Made by a program: the position numbers and the translations under genes
Part shown: piece by piece, positions 1 through 14,189 of the stretch
Position numbering within the stretch: the first letter of the stretch is position 1
How the letters are laid out: each line of letters starts with the position of its first letter
The notes under the pieces: model-generated
What the model was told of the DNA's origin: nothing
Database searches by the model: none
The model's input: only the letters and a program-made list of their open reading frames with translations
Origin: Blepharisma stoltei ATCC 30299
Lineage: Eukaryota; Protista; Ciliophora
DNA: 64,000 bases
Direction: 5' to 3'
Assembly (NCBI GenBank): GCA_965603825.1
Contig: CBFDEM010000002.1
Location: 744,001 to 808,000, forward strand

Positions 1-233
1 TTGAAATGTACCCGATTTCTCAATGTGATTGCAATGGAAAAAACGGGGATGACCAATGCAGCGTAACTTTTTGTTTGAATACCTGCAATGAGCCGAATGG
101 AGCTTGTAATTTGACACTAGGGGAATGTACCTGTAGCTCTGGATTTTATGGGCTAGACTGCTCTGTCCAGGCTATTCAAAGCTGGGGGATTGACTTGACG
201 ATTAGCTTCATAACTTTAACAATATTTTGATAA
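1..233 (+). CDS. 3' end of an EGF-like-domain surface protein (partial; hydrophobic, GPI-signal-like C-terminus)
   Basis: C..NG.C....GEC.C..GFYGLDCS EGF pattern; ends TGA(Trp)-TAA at 228-233. Confidence 0.7.
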
Positions 234-371
234 ATGTATCTGAAAATTAATTTAATTGAATTCTACAAAAAACTATTTTTTATTGTTTTGCTATCAATTA
301 AATTCTCTAATTAAAATTTGTATTAACTTAAATCAAATCATAAATTTCAGCTTTTCCTATTGTGATGATAT

Positions 372-860
372 TTAAGCTAAGTAAAAATCAACAAATTTTT
401 CACCTGCATTTGAATGGGTCGGGAGCAAATGCGTAACAATTTCTTTTAAATGGTCAAGTGTGGGTAGATATGTGCATGATCTAAAAACTATCCTTTTAGT
501 CTCTTCAACAAAAAAGTAAACACCATAAGGTTCATCATTATTCAATGGTATCAATTGTTTCAGTATTTTTTGGACATCAATATCGTCTGATAGTGCAAAT
601 TCAGTTTCCATGCTCAAAAAGCTTTCTTTTTCTAGCTTGATAATGGTCTGCAGAAGAGCTCGTATGACGCCTTGTTTTCATTCGCGAACTTGGTTGATGA
701 CAAAAATAGAAGTTTTCTCTGGGTACTCTTGAAGATTTATAGTTGCTGACAATAATCTTTCATAATTGGCTTTTATTTCAATCATATCTGTCTTATATGG
801 TTCGTCAGCTTCAAGAGAACTCATTTCACTTTTTAATAATTTTATTGATAAAAATCCCAA
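372..860 (-). CDS. Hypothetical protein (start uncertain)
   Basis: ORFs 678-860 and 372-617 are in one frame joined by TGA; no in-frame ATG found upstream before a TAA. Confidence 0.35.
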
Positions 861-1026
861 AACTCTGCAAATTTTTTAAAATTAATCAATTAATTATCAA
901 TTGGATTAGCAAATAAATGATTTTAATGTTTTTGTTATTTATGTATAAACAATAGGTAGTTAATTTCTTTCATTTTATTAATTGCAATAATTTTAATTTA
1001 CAATCTAAAACGAATATTAAACTATA

Positions 1027-2250
1027 ATGTGGCACTTCGAATACTTTACATTTATTTTTCTTTTCTTTATAGGAAGTCACTCAATTTCTCAGCGCATCAT
1101 GGGACCAACTAATCCAGCTCTGCTCTCTTCAAAAATCCCTAATCCAGGCTGCACATCTGATAACTGTGATTTAGATAAAAATTTTGACAATGAAGCTTCA
1201 TTGGAATCTGAAAATTCAAGTTATTTCAAATTTTTCGATGTTTTTCTGCAAGACGCACAAAATCCTTTAGAAAGAGATGAAAGCGAAATTCCGTCAAGTA
1301 TTGATGAACATGGGGATGATTATAATGATGGCGATCTTTTATTTGTACTAGCAACTACTTTCATTGATGGTGAGTCTGGCACAGGCAAAATATGAGTAAT
1401 CCCTACTGATGAAGAAGATAAAGAAAACAGTTATTCGCTAATAGTAGGTTTAGAGAGACCTACTGGGCTTTGTCTAGACGTAAACCATAATTTTTTGTAT
1501 GTAGTAGATAACGGTGATGATATAGAAGGGTATATTTATCAGTATGAAGTACTATGGAGTGACGATGATTATATGATCCTAGATAGAAATGTCTATGTAG
1601 TAATTTATCAAGGCAAAACTCCTTATGACTGCAAAATAGATCAGTATGGCAATATGTATTTTCTTAACTCAGAAACTGACGAAATCAGCATGATCAGCTA
1701 CCTTGACTTGTATTCAGGCTTCACCAATATGAACTACACCATCTATCAAGCTGACGAAAACAATAACAAAATAAACTCCCCTGTAGCCCTAGAAGTAATT
1801 GACTCTGAGTATATTTACTTTGTAAATAACGCTGATGGAGATACAGCAGGCACCTTAAACAAAGCTAAAACTACAACGGAAAGCGTCAATGAGGAAACTA
1901 TAGAATCATTAGTTTATAATAAATACCCAGCTTGGGGTGTCGCTTATACAGATGATAATAGAATTTTCTTTTCTCTGGATACTGGAGAAATTTGGTCAGT
2001 TGACACTCAGGATACCACAAAACTATATGAAAAAACAATAGAGCCGATGAATAATCCTAGAGGAATGTGCCATGGAGATGGAAAAGTGTATGTTGCTGAC
2101 CAAGAATTAGGAGAAATCGTAATGTTCAATACAAATGACGAAAAAGAAGACCCAAAGAGTTTTGTGAAAATCCAAGGAGTTTATATGACATTTTGTGTTA
2201 ATTCAGCGTATGGATTGATTGTGTCGCTTTTCATAATTAGTTTAATCTAA
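1027..2250 (+). CDS. Secreted/anchored NHL/SMP-30-like beta-propeller protein, 407 aa
   Basis: Two ORFs joined through TGA at 1393 (GKI-W-VIP); signal peptide, PTGLCLD/PRGMC-type blade repeats, hydrophobic C-terminus. Confidence 0.75.
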
Positions 2251-2327
2251 AATCCAATTAATTTACTATAAAAATTAGTATATGAATAAGTTTAAAACTA
2301 AAAATAGCTGAATTATAATATTTTCAA

Positions 2328-3923
2328 ATGAGAAGTAAAACTGCACCAAGCGACACCCACAATAATATTCGAAAACACCTCTCAAAAATCCGCGAAATCA
2401 GGTCTGAAATTGAAAAAGTCCCTGACGACTATACTCCTCATGTAACTGCTTGAAGGTCTTCAATTGATACTCTCCAAAGAGAGCTGGAGCTCCAATTATC
2501 TTATATCACAAGTTTACGAGCTACCACTGAAGACCCTGAAAAACAAAAAGAATTGAACTTCAGGGAGTCTTTATATGAAATAATCAAAGAGATGGGAGAA
2601 GAATTCAGAAATTTAGTACAAATTCTGAAACCCCTTGTCCATATCCCTAAAACTTGTGAATTTAAAAATTGGGATATGATTACTTTAGACTTGAGGACAG
2701 AATTAAGCAAAGCTGCAATAGCAGCTGAAAGAGAAGGCCCTGAAAAGACACTTGAGGTATTAAAAGAAGTTTATGCATATAGAGACCAATTGATTTCACA
2801 GATAATTTATTCTCTGCTGCATAAGAAAATTGTATTGTGGATGGATTTGGGGATTCAGCAAGAGGAGTATGTAAAAGGGGAAGTCCTTGTGGCGACTCAG
2901 AGTATTTTGAAGTATCAAGAAGAGAATGGACATATCCCGACCAAAATTGAGTATAAACATCCGAGGAATACGAGTGAAGAAGAAACTGGGTATGTCCCAA
3001 ATCTTTTGTCGTCAATTACAGCGTTTTCTGAAGAGTTTATGTCTATTTCAAGGATGCTAGAGAACAGCTTCAGCTTGCTATCAAAAAACAATAAAATAGG
3101 CACCGCCGTTATCAGTCTACGAGAAGAAATTGAATTCGTCAAAAAAGAAGCTGCGAAGTATGAAAAAGAGCTGCAAAGTGCTAGAAGCTTACTGAAAAGC
3201 CCAGACCGCAGAGAATGGGTCCAGATAAACAGGGAGCTTCAGCAAACCCATGAGCAGCTTGAAAACGCCAATATGAACATCCAAAGGCTAAATATGGAAA
3301 AAATAAACCTTGAAGCCAGCAATAACGAGCTGTCTCAAAACATGAGAGAAATGGAAAGCAGGCTTAAGAAGCTTAATGACTCTGTATTTCCACGGCTCGA
3401 CGAGCTTGAAAGACTTCAAGGCGAAATCATAGCTGAGCTTAAAAAAATCCGCCAAGATGCAGATTTGCTTCCAGAGATGTTCCGCAGTGAAGTAAAACTA
3501 AAAAAATTAATAAGGGACGAAAAGCTTCAAGCTGAAGAAAAAATGAAACAAGCTTATGAGGAGCTTTTTGTTATAAAATCAAATAGAGGCAAGCTAGAAA
3601 ACGAGCGAGACCGAAAAGAAAAAATCGCAATGCAAGCTATTGCAGCTAGAAATCTGCTTGACGAAAGGCTAAAAGAAATGCAGTCATCAATGGGTGGGGT
3701 AGAAAAAAACTTAAAAGAGTCCAAAGAGCTTAACGAGAAGCTGAAACATGAGCTAGACAGCTATAAAGAGCAGTTTAAAGAGCTGGAAGAGCATGTATAT
3801 GTAATGAATAATAGAATTAATGAGCTGGAAGACCAAAAGAAAAGCTTAATAGATCAGCTTAAAACCTTAGGCGCACAGTCAAAAGCTCATTATACATATA
3901 GGAGGCTGAAGGATGAAAGTTAA
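2328..3923 (+). CDS. Coiled-coil protein, 531 aa
   Basis: ATG at 2328 in frame with ORF 2553-3923 through one TGA; heptad-rich E/K/L C-terminal half. Confidence 0.8.
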
Positions 3924-3951
3924 TTTTAACACTGATTAGTTATAAGTCGGC

Positions 3952-5358
3952 TTATAAAGTTTCAGCTGTAGCTTCTAAGAAAATATCTGCATGCTTCTTT
4001 TCGAATATTAGTGAAGGCCTAAGCTGAATTACATTTTCTTTTGAAACTCCGACATGAACTCCTTTATTCAGCATACTCCTATAAAAATTCCAAGCCATCT
4101 CTCTATTTGGCATATCAAAACCAATATGCAGCCCAATCCCTCTGATATTGCTGATTTTCCCTTTTTTCCCTTGGATTTTCATCAGTTCTTTAAGAAGATA
4201 ATCTCCAACTTCTCCAGCTTGGCTAATTAACTCATCTTCTTTTACTATTTTGTACACCCCTTCCAACAATTGTAGACGAAGTGGGTCTCCACACCATGTA
4301 TTCATTATCTGGTATGGTTTTGCAGGCCTGAATTCTTTTTTACAAAAATACCCACTTACCTGTGCTTTTTTGGAAAAAGTCATAATGTCAGGCTGGATCC
4401 CAAAATTCTCATGGCACCATAATTTCCCTGAAGCTCCAAAGCCTACATTAGTTTCGTCCACAATAATAGCTGCTTTAAATTCTTTAGCAATATTTTGCAA
4501 TTGTTGATAATACCATTTGCTAGCAAAATAGTTCCCATCGTTCATAATTGGCTCAAATATAATCCCTGCTATAGGATTTGGGCTATTTTTAAATAAATTT
4601 CTGGTGTCTTCTAATGCTTGGGCTTCAATTCCTTTATTTTCTATGAAATTTTCTAATGGGTATTTTAGCTTTGGGAAAGGTGCTGTTGGCCAATTAAATG
4701 CAGGGAAATCTAATTTGGCATCAGCTGAGGCTGAAGATGCTGATAAAGTCCCTAGAAGTTTGCCATGTGAAGCACCAGTGTGGCTTAAAATAACGTAATT
4801 TGGCACCCCAGGAGCTTTGCCTTCCATTGTCGTTTTAAGCTGCTCTTCAGTCGGTTCTGAGCCATTTTGGTTTTTATAGTATCATAAAAATGCAGCTTTT
4901 AAAGCATTTTCGTTAGCTCCAGTTCCACAGCCACAAGAGTTGAAAAGCTCATTTAGATCTTCAGGTGCCAAAGGCATAAGGACATCTCTTAGCTTTTCTG
5001 GCCAGTCTTCAGGAGGGTTTAGTGCACAGGATGATCTGTGGATTATTGAATGACTCATATAGGTGGTTTTCAAGTATTCCACAAATTCTGGGTGGTTATA
5101 GCCTATTGGCAATGATGAAGATTGGGCATTGGCATCCAGTATTAAATTCCCATCAGCATCAGCTATAAAATTTCCTGCACTTTTTTCATAATCTGTAAAA
5201 AATCTGACTGTACGGAAATCCTGAGTTACAGTTTCTAAGTTATTTAAAAGGGCACGGCTTTCTAGGCCTGGTATATTTGTTTTTATAATTGGTTTAAGTG
5301 GCTCTATCGATGCAAGATTGGGGCTTGGCCGGAGTTTTTTTAGCAGGGAAGTTAACAT
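3952..5358 (-). CDS. ABAT: 4-aminobutyrate (GABA) aminotransferase, mitochondrial-type
   Basis: Class III aminotransferase motifs (PIGYNHP, IVDE, TFSKK, NTW.GDP, RPSLIF); TGA at 4882 falls where GABA-T has Trp after ENALK. Confidence 0.92.
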
Positions 5359-5735
5359 TTATAAATGATCAGATTTCCATATTGAATTCTGATCAAAAAG
5401 CAGACTGAAATAATGTGGAGGGATTTTGAATAGGCTTAATACTTTAGATATTTAAAAATTAGTGGCATCCGTTATATAAACGATTTATTTTAATTTAAGA
5501 ATTTAATTTATAAACTTCTTCTGATATGCACAACAAATTAACAAAGGCTTAATAAAGTCAGATGATTTACCCAAGATTAAGCATGCTTAATATCACTAAA
5601 GAAAAAGGAAAATTATAAACATTGCTAAAATCATACCTGTCTAAACAGAATTCCATATTTAAAATTAAAGACATAAATTTCCTTATATATTACAATCTGT
5701 TCATATATCGCTGAAAATAAAACTGAAAAATCGTA

Positions 5736-5939
5736 TTATATAGCTGAATAAGTTTCGTCTTTATACGGATTCATATATCTATCACAACAGGTGCAGCAAG
5801 CACAACATCTTTCTTTAACCGGATATCACCAACAAGCGCAGCACCTCTTTATTTGATTTTTTGTATATACAATTCCGTTGTAGGTATACCTACAACAAAC
5901 AGCAACTCCTTTACAAAATGCGCTGCAACAATCGCCCAT
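5736..5939 (-). CDS. Small Cys-rich protein, 67 aa (MGDCCSAFCKGVAVCCRYTYNGIVYTKNQIKRCCACWWYPVKERCCACCTCCDRYMNPYKDETYSAI)
   Basis: ATG-TAA ORF with one internal TGA, absent from the ORF track; 14 Cys, MG-x-CC start, GC-richer than flanks. Confidence 0.7.
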
Positions 5940-6087
5940 TTTATATCAATAATAAACAAAATCCCATATTCTGGCTCTATTTTACTATAATTTCATTTCA
6001 AAACTAAATGATATTTTATCTTCTTTATTTTTCTTATATTTCCTAGTTATATATTTTTATCTAAATGTCTGGTCGATAAAATAAATC

Positions 6088-6474
6088 ATGGGAATCTGGG
6101 ACTTCAAAACGTTCGAATGTGCACAAAATCCAGTCATGTGTCTTTGGGCTTGGTGCGTTCCATGCGGATCATGCTGCATGCAGGCTATAGATGCCAAGAT
6201 ATCAGACCCTGAGAATAAAAATGCGGCCTTGATCGCATGCTTATTTGATTGTTTCTTATGCTGCATTGGCGCTACTATAAATCGCATGAAGTTGAGGAAA
6301 CAAATGTCAATTGAAGACAGCGTGGCTATGGACTTCCTTTGTTCTTGCTGTTGCGGCTGCTGTTCCGTTACTCAAGAATGGATGACAACGATGAAGCGTT
6401 ATAAGAATAATCACAAGACGTTGATCTGGGCATTGGACGAAAAAAGCGGTGGAGAAGATAAGGAAAGAGCTTAG
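6088..6474 (+). CDS. PLAC8/cornifelin-family Cys-rich protein
   Basis: W...FEC, C....C.PC, R..LR....I.S...D....CC..C...QE pattern. Confidence 0.88.
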   Translation: MGIWDFKTFECAQNPVMCLWAWCVPCGSCCMQAIDAKISDPENKNAALIACLFDCFLCCIGATINRMKLRKQMSIEDSVAMDFLCSCCCGCCSVTQEWMTTMKRYKNNHKTLIWALDEKSGGEDKERA

Positions 6475-6743
6475 AAGAAAAATCATAAATAATATCAGAA
6501 TTTCTTTAAAAGTAAATTTTTAGGGAATCAGTAATTGAAGTTAGTAAGAAGTAAGAGGTTTTAAATATAAAAATTATTGGAGAAAAGATTTGGAAGGTGA
6601 AATTAATGGAAATAAGGAGGATTGATTAATAAAAACTGGAGTTTTACGGGATTTATATTTTGTTTGGAAGAAAAAATTTTAGCCTTAGATTTTTTTATTC
6701 AAATAATGTAATTATATTTGTTTTTTATTGCTTGCTAGATTCT

Positions 6744-9700
6744 TTAAAAGCATGCTCTACTATATTTATTGGGCACCTTCACTGTGACCATATTTCCTTT
6801 AGAAAGTGAAGAATTCGGTAAAGACGTGATTGCTGTATACATTTTTGCTATAGGCCCATACGACCAACTTTTCAGCACGAATTCTTTCTTATGTGTCGCA
6901 ATGCACAAATGAAACTGGTTATCAAATCCATGCACCTCCAATTTATCAATTTCTTCAACTTTTACCTTCGCAATGATTTCTCCTTCAACTAAAAACAGGA
7001 AATTCTTAGTCGTGAGTATCACAATTAAATCTTCTTCTTCGTCTAAATGCAAATAATATACCATCTTTTCTTTTTTGCTTAAATTCAAAGATCTTAGGAG
7101 CTCTTGAGCTTGGGAAAGTTCTTGGTTATAAGGCTCCAGCCGAAATCTGGCCCCAAAGTGCCTTGGGAATCGGCTTCTGCCAAAAGTTTGGACTTTTCCT
7201 TTGGTCACGAGAGTAGCAGCATGGGCGACACTTCCTGTCAAAGTGTTCCCGAATTTTAAGATTGCGGCAACTGGGGAGATGACGATTCCTACGACGCCAG
7301 AGCCAAGGCCTTTGAAAAATCCTCCAGTGCCACCTTCTTTAGCTCCATGATAAGGCTTGGTGAAAACTCCTGTGACTCCATTTTTTATATCGTTTACCCC
7401 ACCTTTGAAGCCTTCTAACATGTTTTTGCCAAGACTTTGGGATTCTCGAGGTTTGTAATTTTGGGCATTGGGATCTCCGCTGACTTCTTTGACGACTTTG
7501 TATAAAGACCCTGTAATTTTGGAAACTGAACCAAACCCACCAATAACCGCATTTCCTACAAGGGACTTGAAGCCTTTTCCAACACCTTGAGCAAAAGCTT
7601 TGGGGCCTTTAATAAATCCTTTAGCGGGCTCATTTATGAACTCAAAAACCCCTGACCCAAGTTTATCAATAAGCCCCATAGGGTTTCCTAATAAATCAGA
7701 AGACCCAATAATTTTGTAAAACTGAGTGATTGCTTGCCTGAGGTAATTTTTTAGGATTATTCACATCAAATTATTGATAGTTTGGAAGCTGTATTCAAGC
7801 ATTAGCTCTTTAAAAGCCAAAGGAGAGTCAGAAATAGTTATAAATGCACTGCCAACTGAATTAAGTATCCCAATTAACCCAAAAGCTTTTCCAGGATCGC
7901 CCAGTACAACTGCTTTATGACTTTTCACAAAACTCACATATATTTGTATAGCACAGAGCCTTATAAATTCAAAGCAGGCTTTTCTCTCTATTCCTGACGG
8001 ATGATAAGAAAGGACTGGGCATTCACAGCTTAATTTTGGGTACAATTTATTCATAAATTCCATCCCTTTAATTTCCCTAATTTCTTTGATTTTTATTTTA
8101 TTTTCTATTTTCTCTTGGATTTTTAGTAAAATAAAGATCATTTCTTCATTGATTTTAAGCTGCATGCTTTGGATAAGCAGTTCTAGCCATGTGATTTTTT
8201 CAAAGGTTTCTGTCATTTTTTTACGTTGTTTTGTGGAAGAAAATTTTTGGATTTTAAGCTGAATAAATGGTATATTGATCCCGTTTTCGTCTTTGTTTGT
8301 TTGGACTGGGGAAAAAATGACGGGGAAAAATCCATGATGGCTGCTCATATTGTCGATTTGAAGGTGGCCAAGCTTGAAGTTTAGCTTGGTGGTTTTTTCT
8401 GTTCTTTTAGGGGTGAATTCTTCGATTCGTTTTATTTTGAAATTCATCTGTTCTAGGGAAAGGTAAAATACTTCAGACGGTTTTTCGTCGATAATTGATA
8501 GCCCGACTCCAGTTAAGTTTGCAGTAAATTTAAAAGTTTTTTTTACTGAGTTTTCTTGAACGCTGTTTACTTCAGAGCTAATAAGTTGATCAGGTTCTAT
8601 TATATTTAACTGCCTAGTTATTCCTTCAATAACTAGATCAACCTTAAATTCCCCTAAATCCTTATCTTCTTTAACCTTTTCTAATGAATATTTTTTAGAA
8701 ATATCATTTATAGTCACAAGCACCTTTTTGTCCTCTTTTAAATGGTTATCATAAGCCCAAGGAATTTTTGTGTATGGAGGAATTACTATTGATAAATGTT
8801 TATATTTACGTTGACAAACCGAAGCGTTTTCTTTTGTGTTGTTATATATACAGAATTCAGGGTCTTTTGGAGTCACGAAATTTATATGGACTGTAGCCTC
8901 ATCTTCACTGACTATGACTACTCTGACAAAATGCATATAATTATTGTTTTTATTTGGAATCCACCATTTTTTGGCTTTTCCTTCCTCAAAGTCTGAATAT
9001 TTCCTGATGCTGAAAAATCTGATTTGGAAATCTTCTAAATTTTCTATGCTGAATGGTCCTGACCACAGTTCTCCAGTTTCCGATACTTGTACAGCCACAG
9101 ACTTTGTAGAGTCTTCAAGCTGATATGGAATTGATTTTCCATTTTCAATCAATAACGTCGACAAAGCAGACTCATTTTTGATATACTGCCTCAAATGGAT
9201 CCTAAATCCTAAATAATTCGACACAATAAATCTTGGGACCAATGAAATTACTCTTGTTTTTATCAAAGGTGCAGGAGCTTGAGAAATTGCTATGCCAAAC
9301 TGCAAGGATTTTGGAAGCTCCTCAGTGTTTTCCAGCTTAATACAACCAGCAATCCCAATAGTTTCTTCATTAAACTCATTACTTCAGCTGCCTCCGTTCG
9401 CAAGCTTTATTTTTGAATGTTTTTTTCTTGAGGAATAAAACCCACAGGAATGGTTTTTTATTAGCAGCCTCGAAAATTTTATATCATAATCTGTCTTATT
9501 AAGCACAATTTGGTTAAAAAATAGCTGAACTAGCTTGTTTTTAACCCCTCTAAAAAGCACAGGGACCACTTTATGCCGGTCATTTAAATCTAGACCTTCA
9601 CAAGACCTGAAATCCTTTATTGAAATTTCTGCATTTATTTTGCTTTTCGGGACTTCTATTAGGGGTATTGAGGAATTTTCACTAATTTCAGCCCATTCTG

Positions 9701-12700
9701 TGGTGTAAATTGTATTTTCATCAATTAATAAGTCATATTTAAACTGATGCTCTCTTGATGGGTTTAATGAATAAACTTTTGCTTCTTCGCCTGATGGGAT
9801 ATTAAATTTATTTTCATCAAAATTTGCATAAAGGACTATAGGGCATGGCATTAAATTTTGGACTATTAAAGGAGGGTTTATTTCGACAACTGTTAAGCTT
9901 CCTTCTGAATCTGTCGTATAAGAATAAATTTCTAATACAAAATTCGCCTTTTCTTCAGCTCGGAAATAGGTAGGGGTATCAATAAACGCTTTGGTGTAGC
10001 TTGTATTAACGTATGGACGTGTTTCAGAGAGCAGCCAGTCTATTGGGATAGGCCAAGACGATAATTCAGGAACAGTTTTTGATTGATCAGAATTATTTAA
10101 AGTGATAGGGAAATCTGTGTTATTTATAACCCTTAATGCACTTTCTATAATAATTTCATGCTTGTTTTCAGCTGCTTGGATTCTTATTAAGATAGTGACT
10201 TCTTTTTCTGAGTTGTGGAGGGTCACAGCTTGCATCCCGAATTTTTCAATTAATATTCCATGGGCTGTTGTAAGCCCAGCAACTGATATAGCGATTGAGG
10301 CAGGTGTTTGTATTGTATGGAGCATTGTGCCAGTTAAAGAGTTTCCTTTAAGCTGGGAGTATACTTGGTTAACGTATTTTTGGCTAAATGTGATACTTTC
10401 ATCATTTTTAATATTCCAGGCATCTGTATTTTTTGGTATATCAACCCATACCCAAATCTCTTTTCCCAGCAGATTTTTTACCTCATAAATATAGCCATTA
10501 TTATCATCTTCATTTCTTTCTATAATCTGTTCTTTATCCCATTCTTCAGCTTTCTCGTATATTCTTTTCTTAATGATGCAAAAAATGTCAATTAAACTTG
10601 ACGATAAATTTATATTCAAAATTTCATTGCTTATAAATTCAATTTCTACTGGGACGTTTATGCTGGCTTTTTTCATGCTTATTGCGAACCTTCATTCCTC
10701 AACTAGCGGCTCCCAAGACGCGATTTGGGTGTTGTAAAAGTTTATAAGGACTATTGTGGAAAATTCGAGTTTTAGGTCACTTTTTCGTTCTCCACAAGCC
10801 ATCATGTTGCTGAATTGGACATGTAATAAATTATGCCCGTTTTCTATAGTATCTTCAATCAAAAATAATTGCAATGAACTGCATACATAGGAAAAACTAT
10901 TATTCACAATTTCTCTGAATGGCTTGTCAGGGTCTTCAAGACTTCCTGAACTAGAAGAATCCCAATCAATTGCAAGTCAAGGGGTTACCCACTCAGTAAA
11001 GAACAGTACCTCTCTAAAACCAAAATAAATACACAAGCTCTCTATCTCAAAATCAGTGTGCAGCTGCGTCCCTTTTTCAGTTGATTTTTCAAGTCTAAAC
11101 TGTACTGACATTCTTGTAGGGGCAATTAAATCCCTAGTAATTCTATCAGGTTTCATCTGTGTTTTGTCAGCATACCCTAAAAGTACCCCAAGTTGCCTGA
11201 AGTCTACATTTGCTTCATCATCTCTCCATACATAAATTCTTTTTACCCTCCTTCACAAGATATCATAAGTGCTATAAATTTCTACACTTGATGAATAAAT
11301 AGAAGAAAAAGTCAAATAAATATTCGCAATTTTTGACCTAGAATTTGACATATTTTGAGGGAGCCATAGCTCGACGCTGGAAAAAAATAAAGTATAACGA
11401 GTATGAAAATGGGTAATTGTCTTATAAACTTCTTTATTTTTAGAACGGCGTAAAGAGTCATCAAAATGCTTTGTCATTAATTCAGAATTTTTCATAAGAA
11501 AATTGTATAAAAAAATTACATAGCTTGAGCTTAAAATTATCCTCACATCATTGATTCTGAAACCGACATCAAGTTTGTCTTCTTTTGGGATTATATGGAC
11601 CATTCCTTTTACTTGTGGAACTTCTTCAGCTTCTTCAGCGAATTCATCACAATCAAGAATATCGTATAAAGGATTTGAAATGACGTCTCTGAATTTTATG
11701 TTTGGTCTCATGTCTCTTAAACTCAGTTTTGATATATAAAAATTGGTGATCACGTCTCCTATTGGGTTAGTTTTTATATCATAATGGATACCGTTAATAA
11801 AAAATTGTGTAAAAATCTGCGAGTTCTCGATAATTCTGAAATTTATTTCTTTTATATCGGCTGAAGCTGCCATTTCTATGATGTTTTCCATATCTTTTAT
11901 GACGTCTTTGAAGGCTTGACGCTCAATTAAATCGTTTTCTTCTTCAGAATTGTCGTCTATTGGGCTTAGAGAATTATTATAGGATTTTTCAAAATTCATA
12001 AAATTGCCGAGAATTTGGTAAATTAAGCAGAGCTGTTTATCAGATATTTGCATTTCTAATTTTTCAAGCATAACTGACAATTTTATTCGAGGATCGTTAG
12101 TATTTGTGGACTTAGGAATTAAAATCACTATATCAATTGCTAATGGCTCAATAATGCCTTCAACTTCTCAGTTCTTATTTCCATTTATTTGGTCAGATAA
12201 AGTATTAGAGCTCATTCTTGAATTTTCTGATGAAATTTGATATTTATCATACTGCTGCTTATTAATTTCTGCATTCAAAGATACCACTTTAAAAGTCCCA
12301 AAATCAATATAAAGCGCTGGATGCTCAAAAGAATGAAAATCAATTGGAATTATTATTAATGGCGCTTTTATCATAATATCCATTTCTATTCTCTTTTTTG
12401 TGCCTGTCTGAATAGCATTTTGAAAAATTTTCTCCCCTTTTTCAATAAAATTCGCCACAATTTTCGACGCTTTTTCTTTGTATTTTGATATGTCAACTTT
12501 TTTAATAAAAATTTCTACAAAAACTTCAGTTAGCGTATAAAGGCTTTCAACGTTTATTCAGATTTTAGCTTCTTCTGCTTTTATTTTTAATGATTTTTCT
12601 GGATATGTGTCTATTTCTATTGAAACTGCTCCACCTTGTAGCACATAAGGGTAACAGACACTCTTAGCGATATTGTCGTGCAATAAATAATTATCAAATT

Positions 12701-14189
12701 TTACAAAAATAAACACAGATGTTGGCCTTATTCCAAGGTTTACCATAAAATCATCAATTTCTCCATATATAAGTGGCTGGTTATTATTTGAGATATGGGC
12801 TGAAATCCTCCTGATGCTGAACACTAAAATTATTTTTACCCAGCTTGGGCTTTCTTCTACTATTTTTTTATTTTTATTGTCATTTTTCAATTTTTTTTTC
12901 TGTTCTAAAATATATTTCAGCTCTTTTTCAGCTTCAATTTTTTTCGCTTTTTTCTTGGTATCAGGCTCATTTTTTGCTCCAAACCAGCCTTTTATTGTAG
13001 AAAACCCGAATGAGCTTTTATCATTTTCAAGCTCATTTATTTCTTTTCTTTTTTCCTCTTCTTGCTTTACCAACTCGCTTTCTTGTATAACCCTTTTCCT
13101 ATACTTTTTAATATTTTCTAATTTAATTCCTTTTTCCATATCACATAATATTTTTCTTAATTGTTCTGCATCTTTTTTATCAGTTTTTGTTTGGGAAAAA
13201 TTTTTTGACCTAAAAAGTGCATATGTTTCTTTATAGTTCCTTGATTCACTTTTTTTGAATTTTCTTTCTTCTATATGGCTGCGAATTCCATCAATAAAAG
13301 TGTCATAAAGAAGCATATAATCAATTAGTTTTAAGAAGTGAGTCATTTGATTTCCATATAGCCCAAGCTTTAAATCATCCTGATCTAGTGATAAAGAAAA
13401 CAACGGACTTTCATGATTTTCTGAGTCCAAGCCAAAAATTAGTTCTATTTTAGTATTTATCGGATCTATCAGAAACTTGTGAGGAATACTATACGAAAGC
13501 TCGTCTCTTGCGAATTTTTCCAATGATTTTTCTTGTTCTGAACAATTTAAAATTCCTGACTCAAAATCAAAAAATACTGACAAGCCTTTAACAGAAACCA
13601 ATTTAAATGACGCTTTACGGTCAGTCAAAAATGCAGGCTCCCAGTTTTGGTTACAAGAAATAGCTGTCAGTTCATTAAGAATAAACCCAAAGGCAAACGG
13701 TTCAAACGAACTGACAGAGTCTTCAAATCTTATATACAGATTTTTTATGCTAACTTGTATATTGATAATTATTGAGTACACTAGCTTGTCTATTCAGCCT
13801 TCATCAGTCTTAAGATAATTTTTATCAGGGTTCATTGCTTCAAAATTATCCAGTATCAGCTGTTTTGACCGCATAATATTTTGCAGTTCTAATGCTTCAT
13901 TTCAGTCACTAGAGGGACGAGGCTTAATTAAAGCAAAAACGTCTTCTATTTCTACTTGCACAGGACTGGATTTAAGAGAAGTCCAGGGAATTTTTACAAA
14001 TAGTTTTCCGAAAAATCCTGAGGTAATTTGAAATGGGAAACCAAGGTTTTTAAAAGCGTCTTGTTTGAGGGATAAGTTTTCAAGAAGGATCTGACCTGAG
14101 AATAAAGAAAGATTAAGCTGGTCTGAGTTTAGATTTTCAACTCAGTCCCCGAGAATTGTGTTAAGGACTCGTGCTAGTGCTGAGTTCAT
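6744..14189 (-). CDS. VPS13: VPS13-family lipid transfer protein, about 2481 aa
   Basis: Seven track ORFs share one frame with ATG 14189, joined by about 10 TGA codons; chorein-N start (LNTILGDWVENL...LSLFSGQILLENL), WEPLVEEW, SHR-BD-like region, C-terminal Gly-rich ATG_C/PH-like region. Confidence 0.93.

Noticed and set aside
6744-14189. VPS13 and other genes as fragmented pseudogenes or selenoproteins
   Set aside because: Breaks are in-frame TGA that interchange with TGG in paralogs, so they are Trp codons
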